DNA of 64,000 bases, from positions 35,278,001 through 35,342,000 of the forward strand of contig NC_086376.1 in the NCBI RefSeq assembly GCF_036588685.1, written 5' to 3'. Below the pieces are notes generated by a model, which saw only the letters and a program-made list of their open reading frames with translations, was not told the origin of the DNA and made no database searches. The position numbers and the translations under genes are program-made. How positions within the stretch are numbered: the first letter of the stretch is position 1; each line of letters begins with the position of its first letter. Source of the stretch: Mytilus trossulus. Taxonomy: Eukaryota. Shown here piece by piece: positions 52,923-64,000 of the stretch.

Positions 52923-54724
52923 AGCAGACAACAGTTGAAGAAAATGCCTACCCCGAATTGCATCGAATATAATTACAAGTAGTGCAATATGAACAAAAAA
53001 TTCAAAAATTAACTAGATATCTTGCACTGTATACAGACAGACATTCTTTTTTTTTTGTTTTTTTTAATTTATCAAAGTTTTATTGCACTTTTGCTGAAAC
53101 TTTGACAGACATTCAGACTCTTCTATCAAATCAATTGATAAAGTTTGACGAAGATAGGTGAAAATTTGATTATGCTCGTATATAACCGAATAAAGTCTTG
53201 GTCGGGTTTTATCTCTGACAACTATATTTTAGCACATCCAACGAAGCTTAAAATATAGAAGTAAGGAGATGTTAGACTGGTATTATTTTGAATTTGATAC
53301 GCAGAGTGTCAATACATGTGGTGAATGTCCAACAACAATAAAGGCACACTTGTTTTGATAATTTCTAAATAATTGTAATTTCAATCAAAATAAAATATTT
53401 AACAATTGTCAACATCAAAACAGTTTTCGTATCAAAATTTCCTGTTCACCTTCCACTGTCGATCATATTGTAAATAAGACACTTCAAAAACTTAAGGTAA
53501 ACACGCTATGTAGGTACCAGACAAAGACCTGTAATAGATCTACATATGTTATGTATATTTCATCGATGGACATTTACTGGAAAGTATTATCGTAAGTGTA
53601 ACCAAAAGTTATGTTTAATATGTTGGACACTAGACAGATTGCCAATCGTATTGATCATGTTGATTTACTCTCCAAACTGTCACTATTAAAAAGAAATAAA
53701 TGAAAATTTGAAAGCGGCGTGTGACACTTATTAAGCTAGTTTTACATCGTTAGATTACATCATTAAGTCAATTTAATCTTGATTTCTTTTACAATATTCC
53801 AAACAGAAAAGGACTAATAAAAACCAGTATGATAAGGAGCTTTGATGATTTTATTACATGAATCCTGACAATCTCAACTCACAAGTATGGTATATATCAG
53901 TCTTGTTTTCTGCTTGGTGATTGGCGTACTGAAGCAACACCCCCAAATACAGATTTTCACCATCAATTTTCAATTGCTTCACTGAGTTTGTGACTTTGTC
54001 TTGTAGCACTGTTGATCATCGCTGATCAATACTAGTAAAAACCCTAGATAAACATATAAACCCGGTGTTAACCTGTCCATTACATATCAGATATATCGTA
54101 TACTCCACAAGAGAATGTAATTTATATAGTGTAGTATAGTCCTTAAAGGAGATTTCAGTCATTACTAATGAAGCAATATTTGTCAAAGGAAAGTTATTTG
54201 ATTATCGTAAAGTTTTTCTAAGTATAACTTTGGGGATTTTGTCTGTGTTATGATCGTGTTATTGACTCTTAATCAGCTGATTGGAATATTTGGATGTTAA
54301 AAAGGAATACTTTGTTAGCGGAATGATCTACTACCTGAGTATAACGGTGTTAACTATCTTACTATACCTGGAGTCAGGTGAGTTTTCTCTTTTTAATTTA
54401 CTATTACTCAGTTCAACGCTCAAAATGTTTCGGTATTAAAAAATTCTCAGATACTAGTATTACCTTTTATAATATAAATCGTAAATAGTTCAACGCTCTC
54501 AATTAAGGATTCGGTATTAAAGAGTCTTACTAGTATTTCCTTTTAAGATATAATTCAATTCAATTCAATTCAATATTTTTATTTACGTCTCACCTTATGT
54601 ATAAAATATCACAATACATTTATGAAAGATACATTTTGTATACATAAGCCAATCTGTACAGATTTATGAGAGACGATAATCACTTAAAAGAGTATGTTTA
54701 TGTACATAATAAATATTAAACCTG

Positions 54725-55537
54725 GGCCCAGTTTCACGAAGCTGTCTTAGGACTAAGACATGTCTTAGGATGGTCTTACGACACATCTTAGTCCTAAGTG
54801 GGTTTCACAAAGTGGTCCTAAATTAGGACATCTCTTAAAGTTGGTCATAAAGTTAGGACAACGCGAGAGGTGTCTTATGATGGTCTTAGGATAGTTATAC
54901 GTTTATTTATATAAATTAAACTCATTTTTTATATTAATTTTGAAAAAAAGATCTCATTATCATCTAATTATCTATTCTCCTGTTCCTGCTTATAACGTTA
55001 TATTTCTAGATTGACGGATTATCATGATTTGTCAACAATGAAAATTCGATTGATATCGAGATTGCACGATTTTATCCCTTAACCTTTTTATAACCAATAA
55101 AGTCGAAATTGAATTTAACTCACTTGTACCAAAATAATGTCATCATTTTATATTCTTTTTTTCTTAATTTTGCATTAAAAATTTCATATTTATATTGATG
55201 TATTGTTAAATGTTATATATAAATTACTTTTATTTATATAAATTACTTTTATTTTTTTATATTTATTTTGCAAATTATGTCATTATATTAATCAAAACGT
55301 TGAGAATAATTTATGGTGAGACATACTTCATTTACATGCTTTTTTTACGTAAATCATATTTATATTTGAAAATTTAAAGAACTTGCGACAGGTTTAGTAT
55401 GTCTTAGCTAAGATCATCATAAGACAGCTTCGGGACGAGGTCTGAGATATGTCCTAGGATAGTCATAAGAGGATCATAAGACATGTCCTAAGATATATCT
55501 TATGACATGTCTTAGGATAGCTTCGTGAAACCGGCCC
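54725..55537. mobile_element. PIF/Harbinger-like MITE
   Basis: TIRs GGCCCAGTTTCACGAAG / CTTCGTGAAACCGGCCC, CTG 3-bp TSD, subterminal repeats (GTCTTAGGA/TAAGAC) and an AT-rich interior. Confidence 0.8.
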
Positions 55538-56649
55538 CTGAAAGGTAAAATTATACAACAAAAGTATTTCATTATTATTTACATTATAAAACTTCTCGGC
55601 GTCGTTGAAACCGTAAAAGGAATTCGGTGGCGTGTACTACACGAGATATTTTTAGTTTGTATTTTTTTAACGGAAATAGAACAAACTATTGGTCTAAAAA
55701 GTTAATTAAGTTAATTCCACCTGATATTTAAAGACAATTGAATGTCAGGTTAATTATAATGTACTTAACCATTAGATTGAAAATTTTAAACTACGTTTAG
55801 CCTGTAATAGGTTGGGTATTTGATAGAACTTGTTTCTTTTTATGTATACTAAATGACGAATAAATACTTTTTGATTGTAATAATATACAAATTCATTTTG
55901 AACGACTATAAAACAGTTAAAAGTACGAATGGACTCATGTGGTTTAAATCTAAAGTACAATTAACAGACTGTAAACATTAATCAGACAGCTACCCAGCAA
56001 CTCAAAAAATATTTGAGTTATAATTCTCTCCAACAAGCGCCCATCTAAAGTAAAGCATTTATAATAAACAAGATGAATGAAAAACATCACAAATTAGACC
56101 AAAAAGTATATAACTTGACTCACAAAATTGACGATAAGCAAAAGTATCGAAACATTATGACAGATCAAAACAATGCCAATATATATCACTTAAGGACACA
56201 AACAAAATCAACATGACTCACAAAATTATCACACAAACATCAACAAAGTATCCCCAAAAATACCTAAACCGCATCAGTATGAAGGGAAGAATTACAAAAT
56301 AGACCAATCCAATATCATCAACAATTACAAAAAAAGAACACAGGTGTTTCCAACATAATTTCAACATGTTCAAAGTACACTAATAAAAGCATCACCACGA
56401 ACCACAAACAATGGATTTCGAAATATGTCTGAGCAGCATTAGCATAAATTCTGATATGGGCCTCCAAACATATAATTAACAGGAATCTTTTACAAGACAA
56501 CATAACTACTCATTAACGTTTGAAAAAAATAGAAAACATAAACTGTCTCAATATCAAATATACTTGACAAAGTATCAACACGAATAATTACTTTCAGAAA
56601 AAAAAAAAAGTATCAACATTTATATTTTATAACAAAATAGATACAAAAA

Positions 56650-57620
56650 AGTATAAACATGAATAACAAAATATTCACATCAAATTATCAACACGATTAA
56701 CAATATAGATTCAACAAAATATCAACACGAATAACAATACAGATTCAACAAAATTTCAACATGAATAACAATACAGATTCAACAAAATATCAACATGAAT
56801 AACAATATAGATTCAACCAAATATCAACATGAATAACAATATAGATACAACAAAATATCAACATGAATAACAATACAGATTCAACAAAATATCAACATGA
56901 ATAACAATATAGATACACCAAAATATCAACATTAATAACAATATAGATTCAACCAAATATCAACATGAATAACAATACAGATTCAACAAAATATCAACAT
57001 GAATAACAATATAGATTCAACCAAATATCATCATGAATAACAATATAGATACAACAAAATATCAACATGAATAACAATATAGATTCGACCAAATATCAAC
57101 ATGAATAACAATACAGATTTAACAAAATATCAACATGAATAACAATACAGATACAACAAAATATCAACATGAATAACAATATAGATACAACAAAATATCA
57201 ACATGAATAACAATATAGATTCAACAAAATATCAACATGAATAACAATATAGATACAACAAAATATCAACATGAATAACAATATAGATTCAACCAAATAT
57301 CAACATGAATAACAATATAGATTCAACCAAATATCAACATGAATAACAATATAGATACAACAAAATATCAACATGAATAACAATATAGATTCAACCAAAT
57401 ATCAACATGAATAACAATACAGATACAACATAATATCAACATGAATAACAATATAGATACAACAAAATATCAACATGAATAACAATATAGTTTCAACCAA
57501 ATATCAACACGAATAATAATATAGATTCAACAAAATCAACACGAATAACAATATATATTCAACAAAATATCAACACGAATAATAATATAGATTCAACAAA
57601 ATATCAACATGAATAACAAA
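56650..57620. repeat. 34-bp tandem satellite C (~28 units; degenerate continuation to ~57890 and at 61025-61420)
   Basis: Unit AACAAAATATCAACATGAATAACAATATAGATTC. Confidence 0.95.
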
Positions 57621-57961
57621 ATAAATACAACAACGCATAAACAAGTAAAATTAGAAACAACAAACGAGCATCAATATAAATAACAAAAAAAGATACTTCA
57701 AAATTTCAACATGAATAACAAACTATTTACAATATATTATAAACCTGAATAATAAATAAAAACAACGAAGCATCAATATGAATAACAAAATAGATACAAA
57801 CTAGCATTACCATGACTAGAAATAGAACCAACAAACTAGCATCAACAAAGATAACAAAATATATACTTGAAAGTTTCAACATTAATAATAAGAAAAGTTA
57901 CAGAGATGATTTCACCTTTCCAATTGTGAACTTTCCATTTCTAAGTAGCAACATTCCAACA

Positions 57962-60900
57962 GCTCCTTAAGGAGTCAATTGACCATTTAGGTCATGTTGA
58001 CTTATTAGTAGATCTTACTTTGCTTAACATTATTGCTGTTTACAGTTTATCGCTTTCTATAATAGTATTCAAGATAATAACCGAAAACAGCAATATTTCT
58101 TTAAAAACTACCAATTTGAGGACAGCAACCCAACAACCAGTTGTCCAATTCATCTGAAAATTTCAGGGCAGATAGATATTGACTTGATTAACAATTTAAC
58201 TTCTTTTCAGATTTGCTCTAAATGCTTTGGTTTCAGAGTTATAAGCCAAAATCTACATTTTATCCCTGTTCTATTTTTAGCCGTGGCGGCCATCTTGGTT
58301 GGATGGCCAGGTCATCGGACACATTTTTCAAACTAGATACCCCAGTGGCGGATTTACCGGCGGGGCACAGGGGGCACGTGCCCCCCAGTTCAGGTCACCA
58401 AAAAAATAAGTTCTAACATAATTTTATTGCTACTGAATCTTCTTATCTAGAGCGGAAATGAATCACAGCTTGATTTGACTTCTTAAACTGGCCGTTAATT
58501 AATGCCAGCGTCCACATGCGTGATTTATGACAACTTATCGATGGGTGTGTAAATATTGACACCTTTGTGTGTTTTTAATGTCTCTTTGCAAGCTTAAATT
58601 ATGGAAAATACATTTACATGTTGATTGGAATAGTACGAATTTTTATTGGTTTATAATACAATACAGATTAAGATCGATTACCAGGTGAAACTTCTGATCT
58701 GTGTTTTTAAAGAATAGGTACAAATTATATGTTTAATGTCGATTATGTTGGTATACATCTATATTTAGGTACTTAGTTTCTCTCCATTCCAAAATAAAGT
58801 ACTCACAATACCATTTTATTTAGAATTTATGTTTTTTCTCTCTTCAAAACTGTCTTTTTGTGAATTTCTTCAGCAACAAATCAAATCATTTGTTTTTTGA
58901 TACCATACACGTTTGTTTTTTAAATGGAATGTCCTATTTCCTTCCCTCTTATGTTCAAGGGAAATCGACGATTTGTCCCCCCCCCCCCCTTTTTTCACCG
59001 GTCTAGGAAAAACATGATGAATTGACATTTTCTTATAAAAAAAAATCATTAATAAAATGCTAAATTATTTTCCTAAGATCTATTTTGTAACTGAATCTGG
59101 GACGTAATCATTTCTTTGAATGCCTGAGCATACAGTTATATTTGTTTATTTTTCTTGTTTCAATTGCCATGTACATGTATGAGGCTAAAAAAAAGGTCAC
59201 CATTTGTAAGGATATGAAGGTGTTTTACAGATATTAGAATAATGTACAAAAAAGTAAGTCTAGAGAGCAAGACCAAATAAATATAGAGGTCATGAAGAAA
59301 ATATTGATTGATTGTATGTTGTTTAACGTCCAGTGGCAAATATTTGATGCATGTTGAGGACAAATGTAATAAAGATCAATTGGCAGGAAAAGAAAGTATA
59401 AAGTGAAATAGTAAAAACAAAGATCTAAAAATAAAGAGATATAGAAACGACCAGTGATCTGACCCCCCCCCCCTTTAGAAAAAAAAAACAACAACCAAAA
59501 ATCAAAACACTCACACTCGCATATACCGTATATACATCTCTAAAAAATCTAAAATTTTGGTTTCATGGTGCCCCCCCAGACATCAAGGTTCTGGATCCGC
59601 CCCTGTACCCAAAGGATGATTGTGGCCAACTTTGGATTAATTTGGCCCAGTAGTTTCAGTTTCAATGTTTACAGTTTATCTCTAATTATAATAATATTCA
59701 AGATAATAACCAAAAACAGCAAAATTTCCTCAAAATTACCAATCCAGGGGCAGCAACCCAACAACGGGTTGACTGATTCATCTGACAATTTCTTGGCAGA
59801 TAGATCTTGACCTGATAAACATTTTTACCCCGTGTCAGATTTCCACTAAATGCTTTGGTTTTTATACAAGATACCCCAAAGATGATTGTGGCCAAGTTTG
59901 GATTAATTTGGCCCAGAAGTTTCAGAGGAGAAGATTTTTGAAAAAGATTACTTAGATTTATGAAAAATGGTTAAAAATTGGCTATAAAGGCAATAACTCC
60001 TAAAGGGGTCAATTGAACATTTCAGTCAGGTTGACTTATTAGTAAATCTAACTTTGCAGAACATTATTGCTGTTTACAGTTTATCTCTATCTATAATAAT
60101 ATTCAAAATAATATAACCAAAAACAGCATTTTTTTTTCAAAATTACCAATTCAGGGGCAGCAACCGAACAGCTGGTTGACTGATTCATCTGACAATTTCA
60201 GGCAGATAGATCTTGACCTGATAAACATTTTTACCCCATGTCAGATTTCCACTAAATGCTTTGGTTTTTGAGTTATAAGCCAAAAACTGCATTTTACCCC
60301 TGTTTTCTATTTTTAGCCGTGGCGGTTATCCTGGTTGGTTGACCGAGTCACGCCTCACATTTTTATACAAGATACCCCAAAGATGATTGTGGCCAAGTTT
60401 GGATTAATTTGGCCCAGTAGTTTCAGAGAAGAAGATTTTTGTAAAAGATTACTTAGATTTATGAAAAATGGTTAAACATTGATTTTAAAGGGCAATAACT
60501 CCTAAAGGGGTCAACTGACCATTTCGGTCATGTTGACTTATTAGTAAATTTAACTTTGCAGAACATTATTGCTGTTTACAGTTTATCTCTATCTTTAATA
60601 ATATTCAAGATAATAACCAAAAACAGAAATTTTTTTTCAAAATTACCAATTCAGGGGCAGCAACCCAACAACTGGTTGACCGATTCATCTGAAAATTCCA
60701 AGGCAGATAGATCTTCACCTGTGAAACAATTTCACCCCATGTCAGATTTCCTCTAAATGCTTTGGTTTTGGAGTTATAAGCCAAAAACTGCATTTTATCC
60801 CTATATTCTATTTTAAGCTGTGGCGGCCATCTTGGTTGGTTGACCGGGTGACGCCACACATTTTTTAAACTAGATACCCCAATAATGATTGTGGCCAAGT

Positions 60901-61025
60901 TTGGTTCAATTTGGCCCAGTAGTTTCAGAGGAGAAGATTTTTGTAAAAGCTAACGACGAACGGACGACGACGACGGACGACGGACGACGGACGCCAAGTG
61001 ATGAGAAAAGCTCACTTGGCCCTTT
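57962..61025 (-). mobile_element. HINE/pearl-like element with ~500-bp internal tandem repeats, one end missing
   Basis: Terminal hairpin AGCTCACTTGGCCC-TTT-GGGCCAGGTGAGCT plus A-run (61009-61025 region), (GAC/GGAC)n microsatellite at 60953-60993, and internal repeats starting near 59868, 60369 and 60871. Confidence 0.78.
58343..59605. mobile_element. TIR DNA element with 5-bp TSD (hAT5-like), nested in the HINE
   Basis: CAGTGGCGGAT…ATCCGCCCCTG flanked by TACCC/TACCC. The HINE repeat sequence resumes across the insertion. Confidence 0.78.
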
Positions 61026-61415
61026 GGGCCAGGTGAGCTAAAAAACTAGTATCAACATAAAAATATTTACAACAAATTATCAACCTGAATAACAAAATAT
61101 GCACAACAAATTATCAACATGGACAATAAAAATACCTGAATAATAAAATGGTCACATCTAAGTGTCAACCTGAATAATAAAATAAATAAAAACAACAAAG
61201 CATCAATACAAATATATTAAAAAAAAAAAAAAAGATACAACAAAGCATCAACTTTCATATCAAAATAAATACAACAAAGTTTTAGCAAGAATAACAAAAT
61301 AAATACAACAAAGTTTTAGCAAGAATTACAAAATAAATACAACAAAGTTTCAGCAAGAATAACAAAATAAATACAACAAAGTTTCAGCAAGAATAACAAA
61401 ATAAATACAACAAAG

Positions 61416-62132
61416 TTTCATTTTTTTACATCACTGGGTCGACACCTCTGCTGGTGGAACATCAGTCCCCGATGGTATAATCAGCTCAGTAGTCGATATT
61501 TCGGAACTTTGGTACTGACGTGATTTAACAAACAAAAAAATTAAATTGTCCGTTTATCAATTTTGAAATTTTTAAGAAACTAAGGTTTCAACTCCCTCAG
61601 GCAAAGTTGGCTTTAGATGACTTTGACTTTCAATTTTATGTATTTTTGTCATATAGCTCTTCAGCGGTTTCGGTACTTATACATCCTCGAATTTCAAATG
61701 TTTGGCTTTGAGCTTTCCCGATGAAGGTAAATCCAGAAAAGCACTTCGGACGCATCGAAATTATTAAACGTGTTGTTTTCATTTTTTTACATCACTGGTT
61801 CGACACCTCTGCTGGTGAACCATCAGTCCCCGATGGTATAATCAGCTCAGTAGTCGGTATTTCGGAACTTTGGTACTGACATGATTTAACAAAAAAAAAA
61901 TTAAATTGTCCGTTTATAAATTTTGAAATTTTTAAGAAACTAAGGTTTCAACTCCCTCAGGCAAAGTTGGCTTTAGATGACTTTGACTTTCAATTTTATG
62001 TATTTTTGTCATATAGCTCTTCAACAGTTTCGGTACTTATACATCCTCCGATTTCAAATGTTTGGCTTTGAGTGTTCCTGATGAGGCTAAATCCAGAAAA
62101 GCGCTTCAGACTCAAAGAGTTGTTTTCAATTT
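61416..62132 (+). mobile_element. Non-LTR retrozyme-like tandem dimer (~360-bp unit, one type I hammerhead ribozyme per unit)
   Basis: Two near-identical direct repeats with period 360-361. Hammerhead motifs at 61710-61753 (CCGATGA…GAAAAGCACTTC GGACGC) and 62070-62113 (CTGATGA…GAAAAGCGCTTC AGACTC). Confidence 0.75.
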
Positions 62133-64000
62133 TGTAATACGTCAAATTAATTTATGATGTGGCATTGCTATAATTATACGTTCAAAAGTATGTTTATGGT
62201 AAAATTCGTCAGTGGGTTTTAGACTTAAACTTGCCCATTATAATATAGGGTCAGATCTTTTGACGTCAATAGTAAGTATTAGATAGGATATTTTCATGTA
62301 AAAGGAGTTTATAGCATGTAATAAGATATATATTTAAACTATGTACATTTGCACAGTTAACCATAATGCACCAGTTACACATGAGCCACCAGCTGTCAAT
62401 GTATCGCCCTGAAAGTTATGACTTATATTACAGAATACCTGTGTCAAGAATATGTCTATCCTTGCTCGATAATGAATTATCACAGAATACGACAAAACAC
62501 CAATTTTGTACTTGATTTGAGCGAATCGAATGGTGCCAATGATAGAGCAGAAACTATTTAGCCTTCCGGAATTATTAAATCTACTTTCGATTTTGGTCCA
62601 GTTGTATTACTCTTTTGAACAGTGTTTTGTGCACTTTTATTTTTATTGGTCTATATTTCTTATGCCATGAAGTTTGGTATCCTTCTGCCATTTAGGATTT
62701 TTTATTCCACCTTTGGTTGTATAAATATATAAAATGTTAAGAATTGTTTAATATATACCGCAAGGTCTAATTTAACTTCAGTTTTTATCACAGCAAAACA
62801 TGCTAGTAAAAAAGATATCGGATTGTCTTACTAATGAAGAGGTTTTAACAACTTGTACGTAAATCCTGGCATTTTGTCTCTTGTTAGTCTTCACAAGAGA
62901 CATAGAATTTAAGCTGATGTTGCAAGTAGCACGATAGTGTTGTTTTTCATTTGACATAATTAAACCGCTTGAGTGACATCAAATTCTTTGACATAAAACA
63001 GATGAGTTAAATCGAGATCAACATGCAATAAAGTGTGTGTTCCTTTATTGAAAATTCAAGCTCATATTTAACAACTCTCTTAAGCGTTGCAAGATAATAA
63101 TGAAGTAAATATGAAAATAATTCAATCAATGAAAAAAACTTTTATAGCTGACTATGCGGTATGGGCTTTGCTCATTGTAAAATGACGTACAGTCACCTAT
63201 AGTTGTTAATTTGTTTAATAATCAATTCAATGAAAAGTTATTTTGAATTTCAACAGTTGAAAAAATCTGAACACATTTAGTAGTTAGATTTTCACATTCG
63301 TTACATTTGAAAATAAAGCAATGCTTTACTTTTTAAAAAAATCGGATATTTGGTGTGGGAGCCACTATGGGGAATTTAAGATTTAGAAGTATTTTAGAAA
63401 GATCACGTCTTCTTTTACTATTTAGATTTTTGACGAATGTGACCTAAGGGAGCAACCATTTACTTCAAAGGGGGCTATGGGTTTATAGTAAGAAAAATTT
63501 AGTTTTTTTATCGCGATCAATCAGATTATTTTTTTTTCAAACTTAACACGATAAGGTATGGAGGGAATTGTCATTCAGAATAATTTTTTTGTTATCTGCT
63601 TGACCAGAATTTTACCTCCATCAAATTGGGAATCAGAATATTATTCTAGAAAAAAACATAACCATACCCGAACACCCCTATTATAGTTTTGAAACAATGA
63701 AACAAATTAAAAAAACATCTGTTATAAATAGATCATCTTCACCATGCTGCAGATTCAAATTATAGTATCAACTTCACGTAAAATATTTGTAGAATCTTCA
63801 TTATCATCATTGCAGTTAAATATTATTTTTCTAAATGTCAATTTAGATAATAACAATCTTTCCCCCGTGTTTACATAGAAATTGTTCGTACATTATCAAT
63901 CAACCGAGTGACTAAATGTTATTCCACCTTTATAAGATAAGTTTTTATGTATCTCAATAATCGGAACACTAAATGTGTGTTGATGGAAAAGAAAGTTTTG

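Noticed and set aside
62335-62600. Exon-like minus-strand segments
   Set aside because: They overlap a decayed retroelement end motif (GAGCAGAAACT…CCTTCCGGA) and give no coherent protein.

Overview
AT-rich, intron-containing animal DNA. The repeat families suggest a bivalve mollusc, most likely a Mytilus-like mussel (inference). Five protein-coding genes could be assembled by hand: (1) a 5'-incomplete, multi-exon + strand gene with two MIB/HERC2 domains and a C-terminal WWE domain (2221-9805); (2) a convergent - strand UPF0235/DUF167 (C15orf40-like) gene (10050-13520); (3) NR2C2AP/TRA16 (16953-22174), whose last intron is a minor-spliceosome U12 AT-AC intron; (4,5) two tandem intronless BTB/POZ genes resembling serine-enriched protein (41940-42698, 47543-48292). 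The rest is mostly mobile and repetitive DNA: Penelope-like RT remnants, several type I hammerhead ribozyme motifs including a tandem ~360-bp retrozyme-like dimer (61416-62132), two Helentron-associated (HINE/pearl-like) elements, MITEs with Kolobok-, Harbinger-, hAT5- and P-like hallmarks, SINEs, LINE fragments and three satellites (53, 53 and 34 bp). There is no CRISPR array, rRNA or true tRNA. All gene models and family names come from manual reading and have not been checked by database search.
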